Both the position numbers and the translations under genes were made by a program. A DNA stretch of 32,000 nt from Delftia acidovorans NBRC 14950 (GTDB taxonomy: Bacteria > Pseudomonadota > Gammaproteobacteria > Burkholderiales > Burkholderiaceae_C), in NCBI RefSeq assembly GCF_001598795.1, contig NZ_BCZP01000009.1, forward strand, positions 257,876 to 289,875. The letters run 5' to 3'. Each line of letters starts with the position of its first letter. The stretch's first letter is position 1. Of this stretch, positions 15,528 to 24,443 are shown in pieces. Below the pieces are notes generated by a model that saw nothing but the letters and a program-made list of their open reading frames with translations, was not told the DNA's origin and made no database searches.

Positions 15528-17360
15528 ATGTTCCAGTCCCTGCGTGCGCGACTCATCGCGCTCAGCGTGGCCATCGTCACCGTGGCCATGCTGGCCCTGG
15601 CCATTGCCAACTTCCTCACGGTGCAGCGCCATGTGCTGTCCACCCTCGACGACCAGAGCCGCCAGCTCGTGAACGCCCAGGCCCAGGTTCTGGGCGAATG
15701 GGTGGCGACCAAGCGCCTGCTGACCCATACCCTGGCGCAGGCGGTCGATACGCCGGACCCGCGTGCCGTGGTCCAGGCGCTGCGCGACGGCGGCGGCTTC
15801 TCGGATGCCTACTTCGGCTATACCGACAAGCGCATGTTCTTCCTCAACGAGATGGCTGCGGACTACGACGTGACGGCCCGCCCCTGGTTCAGGCAGGCGC
15901 TGAAGGAAGGCCGTCCCATCGTGACGGCGCCCTATCTGTTTGTCTCTCCACCCGAAGTGGGCGTGACCTTTGCCGAGCCCGTGGGCCCGGCCGGCAATCC
16001 CGTCGCCGTGGTCGGCACCGATGTGCTGCTGACCACGGTGGTGCGCACCGTGGGCGCCATCAGGCCCACGCCGGGCAGCTTTGCCTTCTTGGTGGATGAG
16101 GCGGGCGCCATCGTCACCCATCCCGATCCGGCACTCACGCTCAAGCCCGTCTCCGCGCTCTCGCCCCAGTTGCGCGCCGACGCCATCCAGGCCCTGCCCA
16201 AAGAGGACACCGGCATGCGCACGGCCGTCGGCGGCAAGGACTTCCTGCTCTACGGCCACGGCGTGCCCGGCACGAACTGGCAACTGGTGGTGGCCGTGCA
16301 GCGCGACGAGGCGCTGTCCGCGCTGGGTTCGCTGCTCAAGGTGTCGGGCGCCATCGTTGCCATTTCGCTGATCCTGGCGATTGCGCTGCTGGGCGCCGTC
16401 ATCGCCCGCGTCACGCGCCGGCTGGCCGTGGTACGCGATGCGCTGGAAGACATCGCCTCGGGTGACGGCGATCTCACGCGCCGCCTGTCGGTGCAAGGCA
16501 ATGACGAACTGACGCAGATCGCACGCGCGTTCAACCACTTCACCGACAAGATCGCCTCGGTGCTGGTGCGCATCCGGGAATCGTCCGAGACCGTGCGCCA
16601 TGCCTCCACCGAAATCGCCAGCGGCAACCAGGATCTGTCGGCACGCACCGAGCAGCAGGCCAGCTCGCTGGAGGAAACGGCTGCCGCCATGGAGCAGCTC
16701 ACGGCCACCGTGCAGCACAACGCCGAGAATGCGCGCCAGGCGCGCCAACTGGCCAGCAGCGCCTCGGACATCGCCACGCATGGCGGCACCGTGGTGGACC
16801 AGGTGGTGCGCACCATGGGCGGCATCGAGCAGTCCTCGCACCGCATTGCCGACATCATCGGCGTGATCGACTCCATTGCCTTCCAGACCAACATCCTGGC
16901 GCTGAACGCCGCTGTGGAAGCGGCCCGCGCCGGCGAACAGGGCCGGGGCTTTGCCGTGGTGGCCTCCGAGGTGCGCACCCTGGCCCAGCGCAGCGCCACG
17001 GCCGCCAAGGAGATCAAGGCGCTGATCGACGATTCCGTGGGCCAGGTCGATGCCGGCAGCCGCCTGGTGCAGGACGCGGGCGCCACCATGGGCAAGGTGG
17101 TGGAAAGCGTGCAGCGCGTGACCGCCATCGTCACCGAGATCAGCAATGCCAGCCAGGAACAGAGCACGGGCATTGCCGAAATCGGGACCGCCGTCAGCCA
17201 GATGGACCAGTCCACCCAGCAGAACGCGGCCCTGGTCGAAGAGGCCACGGCCGCGGCGCAGTCGCTGCAGCAGCAGGCCGCGCAACTGGCGGACGTGGTG
17301 GCAGGCTTTCGGCTGGACAGCGAATCATCCCGGTCCAGAAGCATCGCCCTGCATAGGTGA
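15528..17360 (+). CDS. Methyl-accepting chemotaxis protein (Cache-like periplasmic sensor, HAMP, MCP signalling domain)
   Basis: 610 aa. TM1, then a periplasmic domain ([11 protein letters not shown]...RPWFRQA), then TM2. HAMP: [24 protein letters not shown]. Highly conserved hairpin: [40 protein letters not shown]. Confidence 0.93.
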   Translation: MFQSLRARLIALSVAIVTVAMLALAIANFLTVQRHVLSTLDDQSRQLVNAQAQVLGEWVATKRLLTHTLAQAVDTPDPRAVVQALRDGGGFSDAYFGYTDKRMFFLNEMAADYDVTARPWFRQALKEGRPIVTAPYLFVSPPEVGVTFAEPVGPAGNPVAVVGTDVLLTTVVRTVGAIRPTPGSFAFLVDEAGAIVTHPDPALTLKPVSALSPQLRADAIQALPKEDTGMRTAVGGKDFLLYGHGVPGTNWQLVVAVQRDEALSALGSLLKVSGAIVAISLILAIALLGAVIARVTRRLAVVRDALEDIASGDGDLTRRLSVQGNDELTQIARAFNHFTDKIASVLVRIRESSETVRHASTEIASGNQDLSARTEQQASSLEETAAAMEQLTATVQHNAENARQARQLASSASDIATHGGTVVDQVVRTMGGIEQSSHRIADIIGVIDSIAFQTNILALNAAVEAARAGEQGRGFAVVASEVRTLAQRSATAAKEIKALIDDSVGQVDAGSRLVQDAGATMGKVVESVQRVTAIVTEISNASQEQSTGIAEIGTAVSQMDQSTQQNAALVEEATAAAQSLQQQAAQLADVVAGFRLDSESSRSRSIALHR

Positions 17361-17426
17361 AATCGGCGCCGCACGGCAGGCAACCCACCGCCCTGCCCCA
17401 GCCCTGCCCCGGCGGCCCCGGTCCGG

Positions 17427-18428
17427 TTACTGCAGCGCGATTGCGGCTTGCCGCACCAGCTTCTCCGTGCGGGGGACCTCGGTTTTGACGAAGGCCTCGA
17501 AGTCGGCAACGCTGCCGCCACGGGCTTCGGCGCCGGTGGTCACCAGGCGCTCGCGGAACTCAGGGGTGTTCAGCAGCTTGTTGATCTCGGTGTTGAGCCG
17601 GGAGACCACGGCCGGCGGCGTACCGTGGCTGGCCACGATGCCGTACCACGGGGCGATGTCAAAGCCCGGATAGCCTTGTTCGGCAATCGTCGGGATGTCC
17701 GGGGCCATGGCGGCGCGGCTTGCAGTCGATACGCCCAGGGCCCGCAGCTTGCCGGCCTTCACCTGGGGCAAGGCGGTCATGATGGTGTCGAAGTACAGGG
17801 AGACCTGGCCCGATATCAAGGCTGGAATGGCCTCGGCCGCACCCTTGTAGGGCACATGCACTATGTCGATGCCGGCGGCCTGGCGCAGGAACTCGCCAGC
17901 CATGTGCGAGGTCGTGCCGGCCCCGAACGAGGCATAGGTCAGCTTGCCGGGGTTTGCCTTGGCATAGGCCACCATCTCAGCCAGCGTACTGAACGGCAGG
18001 GACGGGTTTGCCAGCAGCACATTGGGCGTGACCGCCACGATGGCCACCTTCTCGAAGGCGTCCGGGTTGTAGCTCAGCTTCTTGTACAGAAAACGGTTGG
18101 TGACCATGGAGGCCGGCCCGCTCATCAGCAGGGTGTAGCCGTCGCCCGGGGCCCGGGCGGCGGTGTCGCTGCCGATCATGGCGGCGGCACCCGGCTTGTT
18201 TTCCACCAGCACGGGCTGGCCCAATGAATTGCTCAGCCCGGCGCCAACCTGCCGGCTCAAAAGATCCGTGGCGGACCCGGCCTGAAAGGGGACAACGATG
18301 CGAATGGGCTTGCTGGGCCAGGCGCCGGCCCCCTGGGCAGAGGCTTGAGCGGATGCGACAAGGGCCAGGGCGGACAGCAGGGCCGTGGCCAGGGGAGTGC
18401 GGAGCGTTTGGAGGGGCATGGTCTTCAT
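17427..18428 (-). CDS. Bug-family (TctC-like) tripartite tricarboxylate transporter substrate-binding protein
   Basis: Start at MKTMPLQTLRT (ATG = complement of 18426-18428; alternative at 18419). Signal peptide ...LVASAQASA, then WPSKPIRIVVPFQAGSATDLLSRQ and YASFGAGTTSHMAGE, both typical Bug motifs. Confidence 0.9.
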   Translation of the reverse strand: MKTMPLQTLRTPLATALLSALALVASAQASAQGAGAWPSKPIRIVVPFQAGSATDLLSRQVGAGLSNSLGQPVLVENKPGAAAMIGSDTAARAPGDGYTLLMSGPASMVTNRFLYKKLSYNPDAFEKVAIVAVTPNVLLANPSLPFSTLAEMVAYAKANPGKLTYASFGAGTTSHMAGEFLRQAAGIDIVHVPYKGAAEAIPALISGQVSLYFDTIMTALPQVKAGKLRALGVSTASRAAMAPDIPTIAEQGYPGFDIAPWYGIVASHGTPPAVVSRLNTEINKLLNTPEFRERLVTTGAEARGGSVADFEAFVKTEVPRTEKLVRQAAIALQ

Positions 18429-18496
18429 CAGGTTGGAGAGCAGGCATGGCGAAGGAACAGGTTCCGGCTGCCATGGGGAAAATGCATAGATATTTA

Positions 18497-18512
18497 GATA
18501 TTTGTATCCAAT
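18497..18512. promoter_or_regulatory. Candidate GntR operator, copy 1 (GATATTTGTATCCAAT)
   Basis: AT-rich island in the Bug/GntR divergent gap, preceded by a direct repeat AGATATTT x2. Contains the 12-mer TTTGTATCCAAT (18501-18512), which recurs exactly at 21174-21185. Confidence 0.4.
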
Positions 18513-18687
18513 CATGCAGAAGACTAGCAAGCAATAATCGAACCAGCTCTAGGGAAAACCGCCTCTTGCCATCACCTGCACAGGCATGGCTGCGTGGAAA
18601 CCGGCACAAACGGGGTCCCGGGAGGCGCAGGCAGGTCCCCGTAGAATCGGCGGGCCCCTGCCCTGGGCGAAAGACACCGGATAAACC

Positions 18688-19356
18688 ATGCTGACCGACC
18701 GACGCGCCTCGTTTGACACTGTCCATGCCACGGCACAGGAAGAGGCCTACCAACACATCAAGCGCGGCATACGCACGGGCGAACTGCGCCCGGGCATGCG
18801 GCTGGCACCGGATGACATCGCGGCCGAAATTGGAACCAGCCGCATGCCCGTGCGCGAGGCGCTGAACCGCCTTGCCACGGAAGGGCTGATCGTCAACCGC
18901 CCCAACCGTGGCTCGGTGGTCCGGGTGCTGACCGAAAAAGAGGTGCGCGAGGTGTTCGCCATGCGTTCGGTGCTGGAGGGCCTGGCGGCCACCCTGGCGG
19001 CCGAGAACGTGACCACCAATGACATCCACGATCTGGAGCAGTTGCTGCAGCGCATGCACCGCAGCGGCCTGAATGCATCGGAATGGATCACGGCGCACCG
19101 CCAGTTCCACGAGCGCCTGTGCACCATTGCCGACGCTCCCCAGCTGATGCGGCAGATCGCGTCCCTGCACTCGGTCTCCGAGCCCCTGATGCGGGTGTGG
19201 CTGGAGGGCAAGCCATCGACGGACTACGTGCACGACAGGCACGAAGAACTCATAGGCGCATTGAAGGCCAGGGATGGCGCAAAGGTGGAAGCCCTGATGC
19301 GCGCCCACATCCTGCGCACGCTTCCAGGCATCCTCCAGGCGAACCAGGCCGACTGA
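18688..19356 (+). CDS. GntR-family transcriptional regulator with FCD domain (paralogue 1)
   Basis: EEAYQHIKRGIRTGELRPGMRLAPDDIAAEIGTSRMPVREALNRLATEGLIVNRPNRGSVV, followed by an FCD-type helical domain (FHERL..., HEELIGAL). Confidence 0.9.
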   Translation: MLTDRRASFDTVHATAQEEAYQHIKRGIRTGELRPGMRLAPDDIAAEIGTSRMPVREALNRLATEGLIVNRPNRGSVVRVLTEKEVREVFAMRSVLEGLAATLAAENVTTNDIHDLEQLLQRMHRSGLNASEWITAHRQFHERLCTIADAPQLMRQIASLHSVSEPLMRVWLEGKPSTDYVHDRHEELIGALKARDGAKVEALMRAHILRTLPGILQANQAD

Positions 19357-19428
19357 AATCCGCACTGAAAGCCGCGCCGGCCCCTTCGCTGTCACGAAGC
19401 CTGGAGCCAGCGCGCAGGCTGCCGTCCG

Positions 19429-21030
19429 TCAGGAACGGTTGGCGCCCATGGCGCAGCCGTCCTTGCGGTGGTCGGATGCGCCGTGCAGCACACCGTCGTC
19501 CCAATCCACCCGAATGGCCTGGGCGCCGCCGATGGCAGGATAGCCGGGCGCCACCAACTGGTAGACCTGCTGCTCCAGCACCTGCGCGACATGCTGCGGC
19601 AAGGTGCTTTCAACCTCCACCTTGTCGGTGCCGGGAATGGGGAACAGCCGCGGCAGATCGCTGGCGGCCTGGATATCGCAGCCGTAGTCGATCACCTTGG
19701 ACAGAAAGTGCGCATGGCCCATGGCCTGGTAGTGGCCGCCCATCACGCCGAACACCAGCTCCACGCGGCCATCCTTCGTGGTCATGCCGGGGATGATGGT
19801 GTGCAGGGGCCGCTTGCCTGGCCCGATGCAATTGGGGTGGCCCTCAGCCAGTTCAAAGCTCTGGCCCCGGTTGTGCAGCAGCACGCCTGATTTGGGCGCC
19901 ATCAGGCCGGAGCCGAAGGGGTGGAAGATCGAGTTGATGAAGCTGGCGCAGTTGCGATCCTTGTCCACCACCGAGATGTAGACCGTGTCCTTGTGCTCCG
20001 CTGCCGCATTGGTCGCCGGGGTCTTGAAATGCTCCGGGAACTCGCCGTTGCGCAGCTGGCCGGCCAGCTCCTGCGACAGCAGATAGTCGACGTCCACATC
20101 GGCAAAGCGTGGATCGGCCAGCAGCGCATCCCGCACCCGGTAGGCCATGCGCGTGGCATCGATCTCGGCCTTCAGCCGCTCGGCCGAGAGCGGGTCCGTG
20201 CCCGGCTCCAGGCCCTGCAGAATGTTCAGCAGCAGCAGGGCAATGATGCCTTGGCCCGGAGGCGGGCACTCATGCACCACATGGTCTCGGAACCTGCTCT
20301 TGACCGGCTGCACGAACTCGCCACGATAGGTGGCGAAGTCCTCAAGCGTGTGCACGCCACCGAGGCTGCGCAGATAGGAGACGATGTCCTGCGCGACCTC
20401 CCCCTCGTAGAAGCCGGCGCGGCCCTGCTCGGCGATTTTTCGCAAGGTAGCGCCCAACTGCGGCTGGCGGTGAACCGATCCGATGGCCGGGGCCTGGCCA
20501 TCGACCAGCATGATGTCGCGCGCAGTGGTGGCGGCCAGCAGTTGCGTGTGCATGGCCCAGTCGGTGCCGGCGCGCGGCGCCACGGCATAGCCCTGCTCGG
20601 CGAAGCGGATGGCATCTTCCAGAAGGCGACCCATGGGCAGCCGGCCGAACCGCTCCGTCAAGGCGACCCAGGCGTCCACGGCGCCAGGCACCGTGACCAC
20701 GTAGGGCGACTGGCGGCGCAATTGCTTTTCCTCGCCCGAGGCAAGAACGGCCTTCAGGGAGGTGGCATGGGGCGCCCAGCCGGCGCCGTTGTAGGCCGTG
20801 ATCTGATCGGAGCCCTTTTCGCTGTACAGCGCAAAGCAGTCTCCTCCAATGCCGGTGGAGCCAGGCTCCACCACGCACTGGACCGCACAGGCCGCGACGG
20901 CGGCATCCATGGCGGTGCCGCCGGCCTCCAGGATGCGAACAGCGGCCTGGGTGGCGGCCGGGTGCGAGGTTGCCGCCATGCCGTGCGTGGACATGACGAC
21001 GGAACGGCCAGGATTCTGGAAATTACGCAT
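19429..21030 (-). CDS. ggt: Gamma-glutamyltransferase family protein (no obvious signal peptide)
   Basis: Start at MRNFQNPGRSVVMSTHGMAATSHP (ATG = complement of 21028-21030, with AAGGAAGAAG RBS upstream). Motifs: GGTAMDAAVA, EPGSTGIGGDCFAL, the nucleophile block HKDTVYISVVDKDRN, LHNRG, GVMGG. Confidence 0.88.
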   Translation of the reverse strand: MRNFQNPGRSVVMSTHGMAATSHPAATQAAVRILEAGGTAMDAAVAACAVQCVVEPGSTGIGGDCFALYSEKGSDQITAYNGAGWAPHATSLKAVLASGEEKQLRRQSPYVVTVPGAVDAWVALTERFGRLPMGRLLEDAIRFAEQGYAVAPRAGTDWAMHTQLLAATTARDIMLVDGQAPAIGSVHRQPQLGATLRKIAEQGRAGFYEGEVAQDIVSYLRSLGGVHTLEDFATYRGEFVQPVKSRFRDHVVHECPPPGQGIIALLLLNILQGLEPGTDPLSAERLKAEIDATRMAYRVRDALLADPRFADVDVDYLLSQELAGQLRNGEFPEHFKTPATNAAAEHKDTVYISVVDKDRNCASFINSIFHPFGSGLMAPKSGVLLHNRGQSFELAEGHPNCIGPGKRPLHTIIPGMTTKDGRVELVFGVMGGHYQAMGHAHFLSKVIDYGCDIQAASDLPRLFPIPGTDKVEVESTLPQHVAQVLEQQVYQLVAPGYPAIGGAQAIRVDWDDGVLHGASDHRKDGCAMGANRS

Positions 21031-21167
21031 AACGGTTCTTCTTCCTTGTGTTGCTGGGACTTGGATTTCGGGCAATGAATGGGGGGCCGGGGGGGGCTGC
21101 CAACGCTGCTTGCAGCGGGCCGCCATCGACGCAGGGCGCGATGGCAGCCTCGAGATTACCGTATCCT

Positions 21168-21198
21168 GATATCTTTGTATCCAATTTTTCCAAAGATA
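21168..21198. promoter_or_regulatory. Candidate GntR operator, copy 2 (GATATCTTTGTATCCAAT within the inverted repeat TATCTTTG-N13-CAAAGATA)
   Basis: The exact 12-mer TTTGTATCCAAT at 21174-21185 is shared with 18501-18512. The 8-bp inverted-repeat arms lie at 21170-21177 and 21191-21198. Confidence 0.4.
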
Positions 21199-21316
21199 CC
21201 CAAGCAATCACCATGCCTGGATTGGCCGTACACAATGCACCATCAGAGTGCGCCCTGGACCCTGACAGCCAAACCTAGAATGACGACCGGGCTCCGCCCA
21301 CCCCAGAACCATCACC

Positions 21317-22018
21317 ATGCCGCCACTTGCCACCCCCTCGCCCGATGCGGCACAGACCAGCGCCCACGAAGAGGCCTATCAACACCTCTCTCATGGCATC
21401 CGCATGGGGCTGCTGAAGCCGGGCGACAGGCTGGTGGCCGATGACATCGCCAACTCCATCGGCATGAGCCGCATGCCGGTCCGCGAGGCCTTGCGCCGGC
21501 TGACTGCGGAAGGCCTGTTGGTCATGCCGCCGAACCGGGGCGCGATCGTGCGGGAGCTTTCCGAGAGCGAGGTCATCGAGGTTTTCGAGATGCGTGCCGT
21601 GCTCGAAGGCCTGGCCGCAGCCATGGCCGCCAAGCGCTGCACACAGGCGGATGTGGACGACCTGCAGGACCTGCTCTCGAAAATGAAGCGCTGCGAGAGT
21701 GACCAGTCGGAATGGATCACGGTGCACCGGCGCTTTCACGAGCGCTTTTGCCGCATCAGCGCAGCCCCGCGCTTGTGCGAGCAGATCTCGGCCCTGCATT
21801 CGGTGGTCGAGCCGCTGATGCGGATCTGGCTGGAAAACAACGAGCCCTCGCCGAAGTTGCAGGAGCACCACCAGCAACTGGTGGCCAGCCTGCAGGCCGG
21901 TGACCCGGATCGCATGGAGCGCGAAGTGCGCGCGCATGTGCGTGGAACGGTAGACAGCATCACGCAGGCCATGCGCAGACATCGGCCGCCCCAAGGCAAA
22001 TCGCGCGCCAAGGTCTGA
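21317..22018 (+). CDS. GntR-family transcriptional regulator with FCD domain (paralogue 2)
   Basis: EEAYQHLSHGIRMGLLKPGDRLVADDIANSIGMSRMPVREALRRLTAEGLLVMPPNRGAIV. Collinear with the 18688..19356 product, with more than half the positions identical by eye. Confidence 0.9.
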   Translation: MPPLATPSPDAAQTSAHEEAYQHLSHGIRMGLLKPGDRLVADDIANSIGMSRMPVREALRRLTAEGLLVMPPNRGAIVRELSESEVIEVFEMRAVLEGLAAAMAAKRCTQADVDDLQDLLSKMKRCESDQSEWITVHRRFHERFCRISAAPRLCEQISALHSVVEPLMRIWLENNEPSPKLQEHHQQLVASLQAGDPDRMEREVRAHVRGTVDSITQAMRRHRPPQGKSRAKV

Positions 22019-22039
22019 CCTTGGCCTGGACGATACGCC

Positions 22040-23023
22040 CTAGCCTCTCCTGTCCTTGAGGCGCGTCATGGAGCGGCGCGCCGCTGACAGGCTGCCGCGC
22101 CGGCCCAGCGAAAGCCCCGCGCCGGCATCCGGCAAGGCACCGCCAGCGGCCAATCGCTGCTGTGCCTCCAGCAGGCTGCGCAGGTCCGCCGCACGCTCCT
22201 GCGCCAGGGCGGCCGCATTCTGGGCGGTCTGCAGCTGGGAGTGCAGGCTCAGCTGCTCCTCCTCACTCTTTTCATAGCGGCCTTGCAGCTCTGCGAGGCG
22301 GGTCGCTGCCTTGCGCTCCTGCTCGGTGGCTGTCTTGCGCGCAGCCGCCAGTTCCTGGCGTGCACGGTCCACTTCGTTGAGCATGTGGCGCTCATTGCCC
22401 GCGTATTGCTCGGCCATGCGCTGGCGTTCCAGCGCGGCAGACTGCATTTCCTCGCCATGCTTTTGCTGCAGCGCCTCGCGCTGGCGGGCGGCTTCGGCCA
22501 GCGCATCGCGCATTTCCTCCAGGCGCTCGTCGCGGTCCTGCAGCTGCTGCTGCATTTCATCCAGCCGGCGTGAAAGATCCTGTGACTGCGCCTGGGCCAC
22601 TTGCAGGGCCTGGTCCATGGCCTCTTTCTGCGCCTGCATGGACGCCTCGCGCCGCGCCATTTGCTCTTGCTGCTCCTGCAGCTCGGCCTGCGTGGCCTGC
22701 GCCGCTTCCTCGCGCGATTGCAGCGCGGCGCGGGCGGCCTCCATGGCGGCTTCCTGGGCGGCGTCCCACAGTTGCTGCGCCAGGCGCTGAACGGGATCGG
22801 GCACGGACGAGGGCAGCAACTCGCCCTGCCCTGCCGCCACGCCCAGGCGCTGGCCCAGGGTGGCAAACCAGGTCTCCAGCATCGGGCTGACGGTATTTGG
22901 CGAGCCTCGGCCGATTTGCTGGCGCACGCGCTCAATGGTCGGCCGCAGGCCCTGGGCGATCAAGGCGTCTGCCGCGGCCCAGACATCGGCTTCCTGCACG
23001 CCGCGGGTGGATGTTTTCTGCAT
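22040..23023 (-). CDS. KfrA_N-like DNA-binding domain plus long Q/E/A-rich coiled coil
   Basis: Start at MQKTSTRGVQEADVWAAADALIAQGLRPTIERVRQQIGRGSPNTVSPMLETWF (ATG = complement of 23021-23023). This matches the KfrA N-terminal pattern as I recall it. About 230 aa of heptad-like Q/E/A/R sequence follow. Confidence 0.72.
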   Translation of the reverse strand: MQKTSTRGVQEADVWAAADALIAQGLRPTIERVRQQIGRGSPNTVSPMLETWFATLGQRLGVAAGQGELLPSSVPDPVQRLAQQLWDAAQEAAMEAARAALQSREEAAQATQAELQEQQEQMARREASMQAQKEAMDQALQVAQAQSQDLSRRLDEMQQQLQDRDERLEEMRDALAEAARQREALQQKHGEEMQSAALERQRMAEQYAGNERHMLNEVDRARQELAAARKTATEQERKAATRLAELQGRYEKSEEEQLSLHSQLQTAQNAAALAQERAADLRSLLEAQQRLAAGGALPDAGAGLSLGRRGSLSAARRSMTRLKDRRG

Positions 23024-23049
23024 ATCGTGAACTATTTTCCAGATTACCA

Positions 23050-23070
23050 ACGATAAGTGATTGTTATCGT
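23050..23070. promoter_or_regulatory. Inverted repeat ACGATAA-N7-TTATCGT in the very AT-rich KfrA-like/integrase divergent gap
   Basis: Perfect 7-bp arms lying 27-47 nt upstream of the KfrA-like start. The gap (23024-23125) is the most AT-rich stretch of the window. Confidence 0.3.
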
Positions 23071-23125
23071 GATTTATTTTAATATTGCGTAATACATCAT
23101 ATGTGCCATGTATTAAATATTACAT

Positions 23126-24436
23126 ATGAAATTTTCATACAGTATGGATACGCACATTACACGGCTTTGCCCAGGCAAAAGGCCGCTGCAACCTCTGGAA
23201 AGCCTGGAAACTGAACTTTGCATGGCCTGCATGGCCGCAGGCTCCGCGGCGGGCAGCCATGCTGCGCCGGGCGACAATCCACGGATGCGCAACGGCCCCT
23301 TTTCGCTGATTCCCCAAGACCAGCCTCTGGAAGACACAAAGCAAGGCAGCACCCTGCCCTCTGCAGGGCTGGAGCCTGCCGCCCAGCAGGCCGTGCGCGA
23401 GTTGCTGCGCGAGGGCGAATCCACCAACACCAGAAACAGCTACCAGAGTGCGATGCGCTACTGGGCCGCTTGGCATGCGCTGCGCTTTGAGCGGCAGATG
23501 CAGCTGCCGCTGGATGTGCCGTGCGTGCTGCAATTCATCATTGACCATGCCCTGCGGCAGACCGGCGCGGGCCTGGCCAGTGAAATGCCGGCGCACATGG
23601 ACCGCGCCCTGGTCGAGGCCGGGTACAAGGCCCGCGAAGGCCCCCTGTCGCACAACACGCTGGTGCACCGCATGGCGGTGCTGTCCAAGGCCCATCAGGT
23701 GCACGGTTTGGCCAACCCCTGCCAGGACGGCGCGGTGCGCGAGCTGATGTCGCGCACGCGCAAGGCCTATGCGCGGCGCGGCGAGCAGCCCGCCAAAAAG
23801 GATGCGCTGACGCGCGACTTGCTGGAGCAATTGCTGCAGACCTGCGATGACAGCCTGCGCGGCCGCCGTGACCGCGCCCTGCTGCTGTTCGCCTGGTCCA
23901 GCGGCGGGCGCCGCCGCTCGGAGGTGGCCGGGGCGGACATGCGCCACCTGCGCGCCGTGGGGCCGCAGGAATTCATCTACACGCTGGCGCACTCCAAGAC
24001 CAACCAGTCCGGGCGGGATGCGCCCGAGAACCACAAGCCCGTGACCGGGCGCGCGGCCCAGGCGCTGGCCGATTGGCTGCGTGCCGCCGCCATACAGGAA
24101 GGGCCGATCTTCCGGCGCATCCGCAAAGGCGGCCATGTGGGCGAGCCCCTGTCGCCAGCGGCCGTGCGCGACATCGTGAAGCAGCGCTGCGCGCTGGCAG
24201 GCGTGGAGGGGGATTTCTCGGCGCATTCCCTGCGCTCGGGCTTTGTGACCGAGGCCGGGCGCCAGAACGTGCCCTTGCCCGACACCATGGCGCTGACGGG
24301 GCACAGCAGCGTCAATACGGTGCTGGGCTATTTCCGTGCGGATTCCGCGTTGAGCAACCGAGCGGCCCGGCTGCTCGACGCCGGCGACGACGATGCGGCC
24401 GCCGCCGCGCAAGGCAGCGGCCGGCCGCAGTCCTGA
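23126..24436 (+). CDS. Tyrosine site-specific recombinase / integrase
   Basis: SAM-like N-domain: NTRNSYQSAMRYWAAWHAL. Catalytic residues in order: SSGGRRRSEV (Arg), LAHSKTNQ (Lys), SAHSLRSGF (His-x-x-Arg), LTGHSSVNTVLGYFR (His ... Tyr). The start is uncertain, with in-frame ATGs at 23126, 23144 and 23285. Confidence 0.88.
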   Translation: MKFSYSMDTHITRLCPGKRPLQPLESLETELCMACMAAGSAAGSHAAPGDNPRMRNGPFSLIPQDQPLEDTKQGSTLPSAGLEPAAQQAVRELLREGESTNTRNSYQSAMRYWAAWHALRFERQMQLPLDVPCVLQFIIDHALRQTGAGLASEMPAHMDRALVEAGYKAREGPLSHNTLVHRMAVLSKAHQVHGLANPCQDGAVRELMSRTRKAYARRGEQPAKKDALTRDLLEQLLQTCDDSLRGRRDRALLLFAWSSGGRRRSEVAGADMRHLRAVGPQEFIYTLAHSKTNQSGRDAPENHKPVTGRAAQALADWLRAAAIQEGPIFRRIRKGGHVGEPLSPAAVRDIVKQRCALAGVEGDFSAHSLRSGFVTEAGRQNVPLPDTMALTGHSSVNTVLGYFRADSALSNRAARLLDAGDDDAAAAAQGSGRPQS

Positions 24437-24443
24437 GCTGCCG

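Noticed and set aside
13344-17285. 1313-aa minus-strand ORF spanning the LysR, hydrolase and MCP loci.
   Set aside because: R/G/A/H-rich low-complexity translation. It runs antisense to two well-supported plus-strand genes (SxxK hydrolase, MCP with a conserved signalling hairpin) and out of frame through the LysR gene. Its length is striking, but the absence of stops in antisense frames of GC3-rich genes explains it.
17390-17410. Tandem GCCCTGCCCC(A) x2, with a GGCAGG...CCTGCC stem, in the gap between the convergent MCP and Bug genes.
   Set aside because: It is two short GC-rich units only. It is most simply part of a weak bidirectional terminator region, and nothing suggests more.
22041-22066. 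Patchy similarity between the KfrA-like 3' end (CTCCTGTCCTTGAGGCGCGT) and the bioB 3' end (24477-24497, CTCCTGTACCGAGGTCCGCGT), as possible attL/attR of a 2.4-kb element.
   Set aside because: The longest exact block is 7 nt and the alignment needs gaps. Both segments are coding in a compositionally biased genome. This is insufficient without comparison to an empty site.
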